Below are positions 17,743 through 35,700 of a stretch of 64,000 bases of DNA, in pieces (within the stretch, counting starts at the first letter, position 1; every line of letters begins with the position of its first letter). Location: assembly GCA_043228905.1 (NCBI GenBank), contig JBHGNT010000002.1:1178001-1242000 (forward strand), written 5' to 3'. Made by a program: the position numbers and the translations under genes. Under the pieces are notes generated by a model that saw only the letters and a list, made by a program, of their open reading frames with translations, did no database searches and had not been told where the DNA came from. The stretch comes from Azolla caroliniana (Eukaryota > Plantae > Polypodiophyta).

Positions 17743-18073
17743 TGTTGAGCGGCAAGCTCAACCGGAGCCGGATCGGCTGAATAAGCCGGAGCCGGTAAGC
17801 GAGACGGATCGGGCGAAACGGATCGGTATGACGGTGAGCAACCGAACCGGCAAGCAGTGGAGGCCGGGTGCAATCCGTAACCGGCAGTCCAATCGGAAGC
17901 CTAGAATAGGATATACTACTAGGTATCTATAGTCTCGTAGTAAGTGTCAGATGCTCGTGTGAGCATTGAAGTACATGGTACTTCTGTCAGTCCCAAGAGG
18001 ACTTGTATAAATAGTGCTACTTAGCACAATGTGTATGTGTAGAGTCTTTATATAATTTTGGAAATTACGTTCT

Positions 18074-18139
<66 letters not shown>

Positions 18140-18178
18140 GTTCTCTGTTTTACGCTTCCGCAAACACTTACGTTTACA
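17743..18178 (+). mobile_element. Solo LTR (436 bp) inserted in Copia B RT
   Basis: Termini TGTTGA...TTTACA; TSD ACAGA/AGAGA (1 mismatch); tataaata followed by (CT)n; splits the RPDI..AV RT motif. Confidence 0.8.
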
Positions 18179-18504
18179 AGAGATATCAGGTCGTGTCGCG
18201 ACCATCGCGTACATAAGGGAGCCTATTGCCAGTGCATACGGTACCAACTTCATATGTTCCCCCTCCGGACCGGATGTCGGGCAGTCTCGCTGAGACAGCC
18301 GAAGGTTAATGGGGAGCGAGGTCGAAGCAGACTTGGCCGAGTGCATGTTGAAGCATTCCAAGACACGTCTGATGTAGTTGGTTTGAGACAAGAAAAGTTG
18401 TCGTGTATCGTGATGCCGACTAATCTTCATACCAAGTATATGTCTTGCCCGACTGAGGTCCTTCATGGCAAACTGCTTCTACTAAGTATTGAGACAAATG
18501 GTCA

Positions 18505-19190
18505 GTGATTTAACATTTACAATACTCATGAGAAGCCACAATATTTGATAAACCAACTCATCAATCTTTTCTCTCAACTTGTAATTGACTCCTAAACTGT
18601 TTTACAAGGACTATTCAATAATATCAATTTATTTATTAAATGGCAAGGAATAGATAATTGACTTTGCTTTGTATCAAAACTCCTTATTGTTTCTCAACTC
18701 ATTCATATGATATATATATTTTGTCCATTACTATAGGGTCCTTGAGAGTATTAATCTGTAGCATATTCTAATGCCTCATCGAAACTATGTTTGACTACCT
18801 TTTTATATGGTATTGACTCTCATCTCTCATGTGTAGAATGTACCCTATTAGTTTATATGTTGATAGAGTTTATATAAATATAAACTTATATGGTCTTTGA
18901 GAGTATTAGTCTAAAGCATATTCTATTGCCTCATCAAAACTATGTTTGACTACCTTTTTATATGGTACTGACTCTAATGTGTGGAATGTACCCTACTAGT
19001 TTATACATTTATAGAGTTTATATATGTAAATATCAATTTAGCCTTTGTCAATACTTATGAGAAGCCACAATGTTTGATGAACAAACTCATCAATCTTTTC
19101 TCTCAATTTGTAATTGAATCCTTGACTTTTTTACAATGACTATTCAATAATATGAATTTATTTATTTAGTTGCAAGTAGCGGATAATATT
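18505..19190. repeat. Direct duplications arranged A-B-B'-A'
   Basis: aatact.atgagaagccacaat...ctattcaataatat at ~18521 and ~19050; ttgagagtatta...gcatattcta.tgcctcatc.aaactatgtttgactacc at ~18742 and ~18897. Confidence 0.8.
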
Positions 19191-20519
19191 CATACAATAT
19201 AATTCATTTCGTTGTTCAAGAACAACTATGTTGCGAAGAAGTTTAGACATTGCATTGTCTTAGGGAAGGAAGTCATGTAAGCAAGCTCCATGAATATGGC
19301 AATTAACAGTGCATAGAATACATGATAAGGATAAAGAGGTAGGTGTATGTCAAGGGAGCTTATTTAGAAGGTATAACATTATGAAGAAGATTTTAATTGT
19401 CTAATGTGAATCGAAAAGGTAAATAACTTTGAACGAGCAAAACGACACACATACATAGAGAATCTACTCAATCAATTGATATTAACTTCTATGGTCAAGC
19501 CGTATATTTTAAGCATGAGGGGTCAAGCCAACCCTTCATCATTTACTTTATCCATCAAATCATTTTAAATAGTTGTTCTATATCAAAACTCTTGCTTGTT
19601 TCTCAACTCAATCAGATGATATATTCCATTTTTCATCACTATATGGGTATTCTGGATGTGGATATTCAAGTGAATGTGTGCAATATAAAATGGCATTCTC
19701 ATTTGAATAAATAAACACGAAAACATTACATTCACTATAACCCTACCATCCATTTTTTGTAATTGTGAATCACTTTTCAAACAACTAGAACCCAAATAGT
19801 GGTTGAACCTTCTTCGATGTTTTTATAATGAGGTTACTATCATAACCTGCCCCCTACGAAGTTGTAACCTTCTTCGATATATATAAGTATTGAATTTGAT
19901 ATATTTGGATTAGCTTTAAACCCAACTATCCAATATATATAAGTATTGAATTTGCATGGATATGAGACAACATGTACACTTTGTGTGTAGCTAGCATCGA
20001 ATCCTTAGCAGTAAGGAAAGTGTGGACAATAATCCGTTTGTCTTTGTTCAAGACTTGCTTTGAGGCTGCAACAGAACATAATAATTTTACATGGAATTGA
20101 TGCAAAGATCATTGGCCTTGAGAAATGTTGGAGCAATATACATATTCTCAAAGTAGCACTAATCCATTCTTGTTGTGGCCTTGGCCATTTTACTTGCAAT
20201 GCTTAAAAGTAACGCTAGTCTGTTCATGGGGGGACATATCCGAGATTGCTTGGCCTCGCCTCGAAAACACAAACGAGAGAGACATTACTTTCCCTTGGAG
20301 AAGGTTGTCATGCAATTAGGAAGCTTCATGATAATACGACAATTGACTATGTATGGAATACATTTTGAGCCTAAACCTTTGTCATTTACATTATCCATAA
20401 AATCGTTTAAAAAGATTGTCTGGCATCGAAGCACCTGCTTGTTTCCCATCTCAATCATGGGATATATTTTATTCTTCAACGTTAAATCAAGACCGAATTC
20501 ATACATTCATAAAAGCCAA

Positions 20520-22713
<2,194 letters not shown>

Positions 22714-22784
22714 GCACCATCCCATTGAAAGTGTTTCTGTTGTGTTTTCAAAATAAGGGCTGCGACAGTTGCAGTAATTATGCA

Positions 22785-22900
22785 TAGAATAAGACACAAA
22801 TCAAAGAATGAAATGATATTTGTTGCATAGAATAAGACACAAATCGAAGATTGAAATGGTATTTGTTGCATAGAATAAGACACAAATCGAAGATTGAAAT
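22785..22900. repeat. ~42-bp tandem repeat x3 in TS copy 1 3' UTR
   Basis: gcatagaataagacacaaatc.aaga.tgaaatg.tatttgtt repeated three times. Confidence 0.85.
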
Positions 22901-22907
22901 GGTATTT

Positions 22908-23278
22908 GTTTTGATCCTCTCCTCTTTGTTTTGGATGTAATCGCTGTAAGATTTTTTGTATTTTAAGCCTCAAAAACGTGATGAGAGCTCAGATTTCTCA
23001 CTAGGTGTGAATGTATGGTGAACTAAGGTTCCACATAAAAATATGTTGTAAACAAAATTAATCCATTTCTTTATCAATATTGTGTTTAGGGTTTAGGGTT
23101 TTGATCCTCTCCTCTTTGTTTTGGATGTAATCGCTGTAAGATTTTTTGTATTTTAAGCCTCAAAAACATGGTGAGAGCTCAGATTTCTCACTAGGTGTGA
23201 ATGTATGGTGAACTAAGGTTCCACATAAAAATATGTTGTAAACAAAATTAATCCATTTCTTTATCAATATTGTGTTTA
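22908..23278. repeat. 181-bp near-perfect tandem duplication joined by a telomere-like filler
   Basis: 22908-23088 repeated at 23098-23278 (2 visible differences); junction reads gtgTTTAGGGTTTAGGGTTTtgatcc. Confidence 0.9.
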
Positions 23279-26200
23279 CATAAATATGCTATTCTTGTTC
23301 TCTCTAGAAAAGAGTGTGAAATCAAGAGATTAGCTATCCGATATTGTACTGGTTTAGACATTGTCTTGATACTATAGAAAATCGATCTTTTATCATGAGT
23401 TCCAATATTTCTTTTCTATGATTGAGACAATGATCAAATTTTGTCATTTATAAATGGTTTCGAGGATCATACTTTACTTGATCACACATAGATCAATTCA
23501 TTTACCATTCAAGGTTATGTAGATAGAATATGCATGTATGAGAAATATTTTTATTGTATGTGTTATGAACATATACCAGAGCTCCAAACTCGGAATAGAG
23601 ATGCGCAACCTCAACCAATAGGATAGATTAGTCTATTATAAATATTAATTTTGTAACTTTTATTTGATCATTCAGGATATATCTCTAATATTATGAAATG
23701 CCACCACCTCATATAGGCTAATGCATGATCACCAAGTGTCATGCTCGCATGATGCCAAGTGGCAAGCATGCATGTGTCCAAACTATGTTATATATGTATG
23801 TGGTCGAGTATTGATGTCTTCGGCATATTTATCAAACCCTTGTTCTTATTATTAATACATCGTCAATCTCTTCTTATTTTCCTCTTCCCGTTCTCTTCTT
23901 CACTTTAATCTTGTCCTTGGCCACAACTATGGCAATTTGAAACAGAATACCACCTTTTTTTCCAAGGAACTTCTCATCCTACCTTTTCATTAACAATAAC
24001 AACACCTTTTTTTCCAAGGAACTTCTCATCCTACCTTTTCATTAACAATAACAACAGGAAGTGAACAAGAATATATGCACGTTTTAGGTGATCTCGAATG
24101 CTTAACAACCAACTTCATGGGCTTGGAGCAAGAGAGTCAATGGCTTCTCATGGATTTACAACATGAGGAATTAATTTAGAGGGCTCACCAACTTGAAGTG
24201 ACACTAGTAACATTGTGACAACAAGTTTCGCAAGCACCAAATTTGCCAGAAAAACCTACAATAAGATTCCCATCGAAGTTTTATGATTGAAGGGGCACAT
24301 GAAGTGGGCAGTCTCCCAATGTCTCTATTGTGTGTCTAGCGAGCATGGAACGTAACAACGTGTCTTGTTCCAATGTTTGTCCAATCTTGGCCATGACAAG
24401 TATCTTCAATATTATCCTCATCTTCCTCTTCTTCCTCTAATATTGTGATAGGTACTTATAGGCCACACTATCTCAATTAACCTAGAGTTGCCCAATTATA
24501 AAATATAAAACTCTAAGAAAATATATATTTTTACTTGGGTCAACCCTCTCATTGATGTGTTGTTTGGGCATTTGCGTTCACTCCATTTTGGTACTAGTGC
24601 TAACGAACTTGGATTCATGATTAGGTGATCATGCTTGGATATAAAGAACACCAACATCTAAGAAATCTTGCATCTTCTCGAGCATTTGAACGTGATCCAT
24701 CCATCCTTAGTTCATGTGTAGCAACCCTGAGATTGATGGTGATATACGACGAGGAGGTGGAGGTGGAGATGGTGTTGGTGCAATTGAATTTGAATTTGTA
24801 CTGAACATAAGATCAAATGTGAATTAGAACCAATCTAACATAGGTGTTTACTTTTATAACAAGAGGATTACAAAATCAAGAAAAGGTACCATGAGGCCAT
24901 CATCTATGGGTGAAAGCATGAGAATGGGAACAATTAGGCGTGTTCACACAGGCTCATTTTCGTAACGAAATGCATTAAAATGTGCAATACCCAAACCAAA
25001 AGGTTTATCTACTTGAATTTTTATCATGTTACTTGTTTTACTTTCTTCTATATTATATGTTGCATCCTTTGTATCACTAATTCAATGAGTTTGTGTCCTA
25101 AAAATAGGAAGCTATCATGGTTCGTGTATGCATGGGCCATGCTTCCCACTTGGGAAGAGGTGGCATAAAAGGGTTTGAGGCCCATTTATTTTTTATTTGT
25201 GATTCAAGATTACATTCAACCCTCGAGAGGACCAACCAACACATGATTATGTAGAAGATGCGAGTGCCTCTATCGAATCCACCCCTTGTAGATTTGAGGT
25301 CGTGCTAGCCATCAGTTCGTTAAGACGTTGACACACCTTTCATAATTCTTAAGAAACAAAAACAAGATAGGTCGAGAAATTATCGCCCACTAAAATGAGA
25401 TTGAATTTCACCTCAAAATACAAACCTTTCACCACGCTCATATTTTGTGTCAATTTGGTGCCATCGTTATGTCAAGACCTATTACATGGAGCAAAGAGAA
25501 ATTAAGAACTCATGTAAAGAAATAATGTAATAAATAATGCACCTACCTCAAATTTATGGATATAGAATCATGGCCATGCAAAACGGCACGTTCGAAAGTA
25601 CAAGGCCCCTTGAGATACCTACACATGTGCCTATAGGAGTTCTTGGTGATGATGATGGTTTTGGTGCTAGTGGTTGTACTTGACTCGTCATCCACGTTGG
25701 TGTTGGTAGCAACATTCGAGAAATGTTGATTTGTAAGTGGCTTGACACATCTCCAAAGACCATCGTACTCTTAACGTTCGTAGCAGGACCATGTGTGTCA
25801 TGCCTTTGTATACCCCAACACCATCATGAAATTTTGTGCAAAGAATAATAGTGTTGGGATGCTTTATGGTAATTCCTCAAACATAGACTCCATATCTACC
25901 TAAATATATAGGATCCATATGTGTATGCATATTAATTTGTGAATGTGAATGTGATTGTTAAAATGGAACCGAATCGATACATGGCCAACGGGATATATAT
26001 ATATGCCTCCCACTTTTCTTGGGCCCAATGGTTCCATATTAGCTCAACGTAAACTTATTTACATGTTCGGTCGTGGCCTCAAACAGGACCGCAAGCAAAA
26101 AAAACAAGAGAAAGGGTGTTTGTCACACGTTCCTCGCCTCTAATGATTCAACATGAACATGCAAAGTGTACATGTGTGTAGGAGTGCAAGGGCCAGAGGG

Positions 26201-26737
26201 GCCAGGGCCAGCCGAAAGGGATATACTTTTTTACTTTTTAGTAGGGACAGGCCAAGCCAAACCAGAGAGAAAGATATAATGTATTAATGGTCTTTTAAGA
26301 GGCCCCCCCCCTATAAGATCAAACAAGATGAAGAGAGAGTGGCAAGAAGTGGGGGAGGCTATATTTGAGATTTTGTAGGAAGTGTGAAATGGGGATGATG
26401 GGGCTAATATTGTAATTTCATCAAACATAGTGGAAAACAAATAACACGTTGAGCGACAGAAAGGAGTGGTCCATGGGTCCCTCTGTTTCTTTACTCTCTT
26501 CTTTTTTGGCCATGGAAAAGGACTGATCAATTCTGGAGAAAAAAACTTTTCCTTTTTGCTTCCTTTTTCTTCTTCTCTATCTCAGTTAAATTCTCTCTCA
26601 ACGAACAGTATGACAAGGTATATCTCTCCCCCTTTTCCCATTTCTCTTTTGTTGCACATGTTTCTTTTCTTTTTACGCTGAGTGCATATATCATCTGGAA
26701 AAGCTCAACCAAATCCTGAGCAAATCTTATTTTATGA

Positions 26738-28540
<1,803 letters not shown>

Positions 28541-31500
28541 ACATGAGCACCAACACATAAAAATTGTTAAGTGTTGGAAAGCTGTTTCCTTTTTTGACTT
28601 TGTGATTATGTTGTGCTATATAAAAAAACCGTTGTGATAGGCAACATTGGCAAAATTCTATATAGAATAGGACACAAATCAAACAGTGAAAATTATGATC
28701 TTTGCCTTGATTCTCTCCTCATTGTGTTGGATGTAATGACTGAGATTTTTTGTATTGTAAGCCTGAAAACATATGAAAACTTGAGTTCTCACTCTGCGAG
28801 AATGCATGCAATGCTATGACACAGAACTAGATTCCACATGTATAGGTTGTAAACAAAATTTATCGTTTTCTATATCAATATTGTGGATCAATATGTTTTT
28901 TCAAGAAAAGAATGTAGAATATAGTACACAAACAGAAGAATGGAATGATCTTTGCTTCAATCCTCTTCTCATTGTGTTGTAATGTAATGACTGAGATTTT
29001 TGGTATTTTAAGTCTCAAAACATATGAAAACTCGAGTTTTGGCTTGGTGCAAATGTATGTTATGCTACGAACTAATTATCATGCAACGTATTCTGAAAAG
29101 AATAGTGTCAAATTTCAATCAATAATGATGTTTATCCAAGTGTTCAGTTTAGGGTGTAGGGTTAATTAATGCTTGTTATCAACTTCATTGGAGAGTCTCC
29201 TGACATCATGTTTGCATTGGATTGAAAGTGTTCAAGAAAATGGTAGTTTAAGTGTAGCTTGTAGCTATATTTTGCTTCGGTATTGATGAGTGTAAGAGGA
29301 GAATGCATGAAAAAAGGAATTTAATTACATCATGATTATTCAAGGTAGTCTTCATTTGATGCTATAGAAGGGAGGCACTATGAAAAACCTTTTGACTTTC
29401 CTTAAAGTACCATCTTCATCACCAAAGTCCGTTTAAGTGTCTTTGGCAACATTAACTATAAATCCATCAAAGATAGGCAATTTCTTGTTTGGTTAGCAAA
29501 CATTTCATTTATTTTTATATGAACTAATTCCCCATATTGATGCTCCGTTAACATAATTGGTATGGGTTGATGCTAATTTAAGTTCAACTCTACCATGGTT
29601 ATACTTTATTATCCAACAACTAGACTCAATATTATCAATTTTTATGTTGGGAAATGAAGAGCTTGAATTTGGCACTTAATCATCAAACAAGGAGATTGAC
29701 ATGGTGAAGATAAAAGAAGTAGGATATGGATGGTGTCTCATGCATCTATAAGAGGTCATAGTGAAGGGAAACTTGATGGAGTTATGTGTTTTGGAAGTTC
29801 TTGAAGTCTAGATCAGTATAGAGTTGCACAAGAAATTATAGTTGATGTTGAGACATGAAATACTTGGTTGATTTTTGAAGAAGAATTAAACCACCAATCT
29901 GTGATGACATGAAGACCTGGAAAATGATGTAATGTTGACCCCCATGTTACTTTTAACTATGAGTGCACTTGGTTTAGCATTTACATCCATTCAAGAGACA
30001 TGCAAGGCAAGTTAAGACAACATATTATTCATTATTGATGTGGACTACGGGATCAAACCAAGGTCCAGGACCTTCAAAACAATTGGTGCAGAACTTGATA
30101 GATGAGTCATCGTTTGGAAATAGTTTCACAAGGACAAATAACATCCTAAACTAAAATGTGGCATTGGCTTGGTAAAGAGCATACAATAACTTGTAATATG
30201 GTGCATCATGATCCTCTTGATGAAATTTGGTTTGATTGTCATGGTGTTTCAAGGACCCAAATGCTATGGTGGTAGAGGAACCTCAACACTGAGCTATTGG
30301 AGTCAAATTCAATGCATTTGGTAAAATCCAAAAATGATGGGAAGAAATTACGTAGGATGATATGCTTTATCGTAATGCAAAGTTGCAACCAAGCTAACTA
30401 AAGCCATAATATGTTGAAAAGAACAAAAGTAGAAAGGTAAAGTTTTGAAACAATCAAGAATCAATATGTAGATATAGGAAAATCATAAAATGGAACATCT
30501 GATTGTGTATAGTTGGCAACTAAAGTAAAGCTATAGATTGTTCTCAACCAAGTATGAAAAATGTGAACTTAAAAATGTATGATTTAAAAAAAATGTGAAC
30601 TTGAAAATGTATTCCATTTTAAAGGAAATGTCACTCATGACTACATGGATGGGTGGCTTACACCGTAGTATCAAAGTCATGAAATTGAGGGAATCTGAGT
30701 TCGCTCTTGGCCATGGATGGGGTCATTGGTTTACAATGTAGCACCAAAATCATGAAATTGAGAGAACCTGAGTTTGATCGTGGCCATGGGATAGACCTCA
30801 TCTCATATGTCATGAATTTGTCTGTCGTGGCTCTTAAAAAGATATCTATCCATCTCTATATGTGTGTTTCTATCTACCCTTTAATGAACCATTGAAACAC
30901 GAGGTGTGACATGTGAGATGCTTTCTAGGAGGAACAAGATATGGCAAGGGAGTATCATCAATATTTTTGTAAATATTCCCTCATATATTTTTGGAGAGTC
31001 TCAAGAAAACCCTTGCATCCCAAGCTTTTTTGTAACCAATCATTTGGCATTGTTCGAGAATCTACCCCCATCCCCATGTGAGCCTAAAGCTTTGAAAATG
31101 AAACGTCAAGAAAGTCTCTTTGCAAATGTCCTTAAGATGTGTCAAGGCGATACAATTGATAAATACATTTAATAAATTTGGTCCTTCCTTTTCTAGAGCT
31201 AGTTGGTTGTCATTATGACAATGTCATGGCCCATGACTCTTTTCCAACCTCTCATGCCTGATCTAGGTGAACAATTAAATGCTTAAAACTAAGTCATAAG
31301 TCTCATTCATTGCCAAGTCATAAGTTCTTGAAGCCTTGGAAAAGAGACTCGTTCTCTAGTCTTAAAGAAACCGTCGTGAATTATAATGTACAATATCCAT
31401 GGTTAGATAACATATATAAGCGTGAATGTCAATCATTAGTTAGCAAATCAAAATCAAACGTTTTTTCAAGACCGAAGAAATTTTCAAGTTTCGGATAATG

Positions 31501-32294
31501 AGAAGAAGATCAACAAAAATACATAGATATTATTTATACACCTATCTCTAGCATGAGTTTCCTTCCACTTGGATTTGGAGGGGTAGTGAAATAACATGAA
31601 TGTGAGTCACCAATACTTGCCCCCTCGAATGGATAGTTCTAAATCTATCTCCAATAACTTTCTTAGATTTGGATTGAGGCCCATAGCCGAACTATATGAT
31701 GTGAACCAATCAATCGATACTTCCGCGTACGCTTGGATTGAGAGGTTAGTAATCGAGTTATGTGAAGGGGGGAGTTCACTCAATTCGCATTTTGGGTCTC
31801 TTACCTATAACAAATGACAATCCTTATGTATGGAGGCATGTAAAGTGAAGTCCGCCAAATCCATGCTTGGTCTCTCCAATAAGTAACTTTTGACCAACCC
31901 AGATCAATATTAGTAGGTAGGTAGGGGTAAAGGGCGTGACACTTGCACAACTGGATGCAATTGTGTGCTTTTGGCAATGGGATCAAAATGTGTGCATAGC
32001 ATACTGTCCGAATGGAAGGCCATGGTCGATGGGATTGACTTGACTTGACCGATCAAGGAAGGAAGAAATCGAGCTAGGGTTTATTGGATTGACTTGACTT
32101 GACTTGGTCTTGACCACGAGAGGAAGGAAGAAACCGAGCCGGCAAAGGGAAGAGGAAGAACCAAGGGCAGGGGTATTCTCGTAATTAAATAAAACCACTG
32201 AATTTAACCAAATGAAGCAAGAGAATAGGGGTATTTCTTGTAATTAAATAAACAGCTGAATTAAAACAAGTAAGCAAAATAATAATTCTACTAC

Positions 32295-32329
<35 letters not shown>

Positions 32330-32353
32330 GTTTTTTGAACTGAATTCGCCCCC

Positions 32354-32405
32354 TGACGAACAACCATAACCTGACGAAACCCTAATTTCCTGGCGGAACC
32401 CTAAT
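32354..32405 (+). promoter_or_regulatory. Telo-box and TGACG motifs upstream of the PLAC8 gene
   Basis: AAACCCTAA at 32377-32385, a second AACCCTAA at ~32397, and two TGACG motifs (~32354, ~32372). Confidence 0.4.
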
Positions 32406-32701
32406 TCTCGCTGTAGTTCTTCGCAGGCGAGGGAGACATCTGTATCACGTTCTCGCCGTATCTTCTTCTTGCTCTACCTCTGCTACGTTCTTTTGATCCT
32501 TTCTTTTTTCATGGTTTCTTCTTCTTCTTCTGCTGTTCCGTTTTGATCGCGTCCTCATCGAACCGTTTTCTGACTCCCATCCTTGTATTCCTTTTATTGT
32601 TTGTGTTTCGGAAGAGATTTTCCAAAAGGTTCAAACAAAATACAGAGAAAGAGTAGCTCAGAGAAACAAGAATCTGACAGAATTTTCATCCCTCATCAAT
32701 C

Positions 32702-35700
32702 ATGCTGAAGCATGAATCTCTCGATAAAATGCAAGCTCGCCAAAGCTTCAGTAATTTCTGGCATACAGATCTTGTTGGTACCATGACTGCAGATATTCCA
32801 TGTAAGCAAACAGAAAACGATTTTCTTATCTTGCCCCTCCCTCTCCCTCTCTGTTACTTTCCATCACTTCTTTTTGGTTTTTTCTTTCCGTTCATTCAGT
32901 CAGTTTTGTTTGATTGTCTTTATAAAAAATGAGTTGTTTCTCTTTCATCGTCTGTTTTCTCATGTTCTTTTCATCTGTTTTTTTCTTTTATTTTATGTGA
33001 ACAGATTTCTGCTTCTCTTTGTGGTGGTAAGTCCTTCTTTCTCTCCTTTCCATAACTTTCTCATTTCGAATCTTTTCCCCTATTCACCTCAATATAATGG
33101 TGTTTCCAAAACATTGTGCAACCTGTTTTTTACTATTTGAAATAGTTTTAAGATTTTGTTATGTGAGTAAATGATCCTCGTATTAGATCTCTGTCATGTT
33201 GAATGCAGAAGATATGGTTTTAACAAGGGTTTTCCTGCATGTTATTGTATGAATAGATTTCTGCTTCCTTTGCAATAGTAAGTCCTTAATTTCTTTGCTC
33301 ATTGTGTGATAGTCGCAAATATGGTTTTGGAGCTGAGTATAATGTTATTTGTGTAGTTGAAAAAACACCTTTAAAAGTTTTCAAATTGAAGAATGTTTAC
33401 ATAATTTGAAAATGGAAGAGTAAAGCGTATTTTGCACACCTGCATTTTTTTCAAAAATCATTAGGTTTGTATAATTTTCTCTTGCTTTGAAATTGTTGAG
33501 TTTTCATTTGCATTAATCAAAATCACCTTTAAAACTTGATATTGGTTGACCTCCTAAATTTTAATGTAAATTGCACTTGCATTATTTGAAGATCACCTTT
33601 GACTTTTGAAATTTAATTGTCTATAACAGTTTCCCGTTGCATTATTTAAATATCATCTTTTATGTTTTGAATTTGAAGGTGTTCCCCAATATCTCTGAGC
33701 TTAATTAGTTGGAATTTGAATAGATTAATATAGGATACACCTGCATTTTTGGAAAATGCTGTAGAGTAATTTTCAGGTGTGTATAGGTCAAACTATGAGA
33801 TCTTTATAATGAAAACATTCCAGATGCTGAGAAATATTACCAGATGTAGTATAATTTGAGTTTTTATATTTGAGAATCACCTTGAAATTTAGACATGTAA
33901 TATGTTTGGTTAAACGTTGTTAATAAATTTGATGGAGGTGAAATTCTCTCAATGAACTCTTTTCATTCACTTACTTCGATTTGGATATCTTGCAGAGAGA
34001 ACTCCAGTTTTGGTAGTTATTAAAATATTTCCTAACTTTTTATCAATAATACCCTATTATTGAATGTTTTATGTCCGTACAGTGCACCATGTGCTTCATA
34101 TCTTCTGCGCAAGAGAGCATTATATGATGACATGTCAAGGTAATTCTTTGCTTTCTAAAACGTTTGCTTTTTGTATGTAAAGATCTTGATGCAAATTTCA
34201 AATGCATATATGCATTGCAGATATGTTTGTTGTGCTGGATACATGCCTTGTAGTGGCAGCTGTGGTGAAAGGGACTGCCCAGAACTTTGCCTATGTACTG
34301 AGGTATGATTGATGCTTGAATTTGAAACCTATTTTGGGTTTCATATGAAGTATAATTTGGTACATTAGCAATTACTTAACGTTTAGAAAACAATCAGCAG
34401 TATTATTATAGAGAAAAATTAGCAATAAGCTATAGGTATTTGATAAGAGCAATAAACAACGTATGACCATCTATTAAAATTGGAGAATGAAAGTTTCCTT
34501 GTTTAAGTTTTCTTTTTCAAATTTCCCAAAGCACTAGATTCCTTCGCTAAGTGGATATGCTAAGATAACATATGCTGCCTTTTGAAGCCCCTCCATTTAA
34601 AAAAGTTGAAGCTTAGCGAAGAGTGGAACACCTTACATTGTAACACATCAAATATTCTTTATGTGCTCTTAATAAGAGTAAACTATACTAAGAAACAATG
34701 TATGTCAGCTCCTTTGTGAGGCTTTTGGATGTGGTCAAGGCCATTTGGATGCATTAGAATGTGACTTAATCCTTTTCTTAACATTACTTGGCACTGCTCT
34801 ATATAACAGGTATGGTGCTGTTTCGCAAACTCTGTCCAATCAACACGATTCTTGTTACAAGATGAATTCAATATACAATCAACGAAATGTGACAATTGCA
34901 TAATTGTGAGTAATAACCCATTAATATTTTTCTTCACGTTTGAATGTTCATTTGATATGGTTTTCTTCTAAAATCAGTTGTTCTGCCATGCAGGGATTCA
35001 TGTTTTGCTTGCAGCAAGTTGCATGTATCTTCTCTCTGGTAGCTGCAATTGTTGGGACTCCTGAACTAGAAGATGCCTCACAGATGCTCAGTTGTCTTTC
35101 AAATGTAGTATACTGCAGGTATGACTTATCTGCAATCAAAATCAATGATTTTGTTGTAAGTATTTATGTCTATTGTCAAGGAAAAATGTTGACATTCATA
35201 TGATGAGTTTGCAAGATTGGTAAGTGCTTAATGCAATTATTTCATGAGCGATCTCAAAACATGCTATCTATATTTTCCCACTCACTCATAAATGACCAGC
35301 ATGCAAGTAAGGGAATGTATGCATAACAAATAAAACAATGCAGAGGAATATCAAATTTATGATATAAGAATGATGAAATGATGAACACCTGATATAAGTA
35401 AACTTGCTTGTGCTGAAATAAACTGCCTTTACATATAGGCTATGACAAACAGAAACTTTAATTTAGGCTATAATTGATTTTACATGTAGGCTATAACAAA
35501 CACAAACTTTAGTGAGCACATTCTACCCTGTGTTCCAAAGTTAAAAAGCAGAGATTTGTAAGTGGCTGCTATACAGACAAATTATGAGCTGGCGTTTTCC
35601 ACCATAAAGGACAACCAATACAAAGTTCACAACAAAAATTTGATCAGTGACTACTTTAATGCCCCACATAACACACACCTATTTCGCATACAGGTATCTG

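Larger units (their letters stand above)
16136..18480 (-). mobile_element. Ty1/Copia fragment B (3' LTR, PPT, RNase H, partial RT), related to fragment A
   Basis: LTR TGTAAA...TCGACA at 16136-16441, followed by the PPT complement ctccccc. ORFs 17342-17668 (VGYTDSDFAGCVDSRKSTT) and 18065-18466 (MKDLSRARHILGMKI...PYALAIGSLMYAMVATRPDI). Interrupted by two solo LTRs. Confidence 0.85.

Noticed and set aside
23900-25800. Gag-like fragment (PNLPEKPTIRFPSKF) and other relics between the TS copies
   Set aside because: Similarity is too short and degenerate to call an element.
29200-31500. Coding-like decayed sequence downstream of TS copy 2
   Set aside because: Probably an old transposon remnant, but I found no diagnostic motif or termini.
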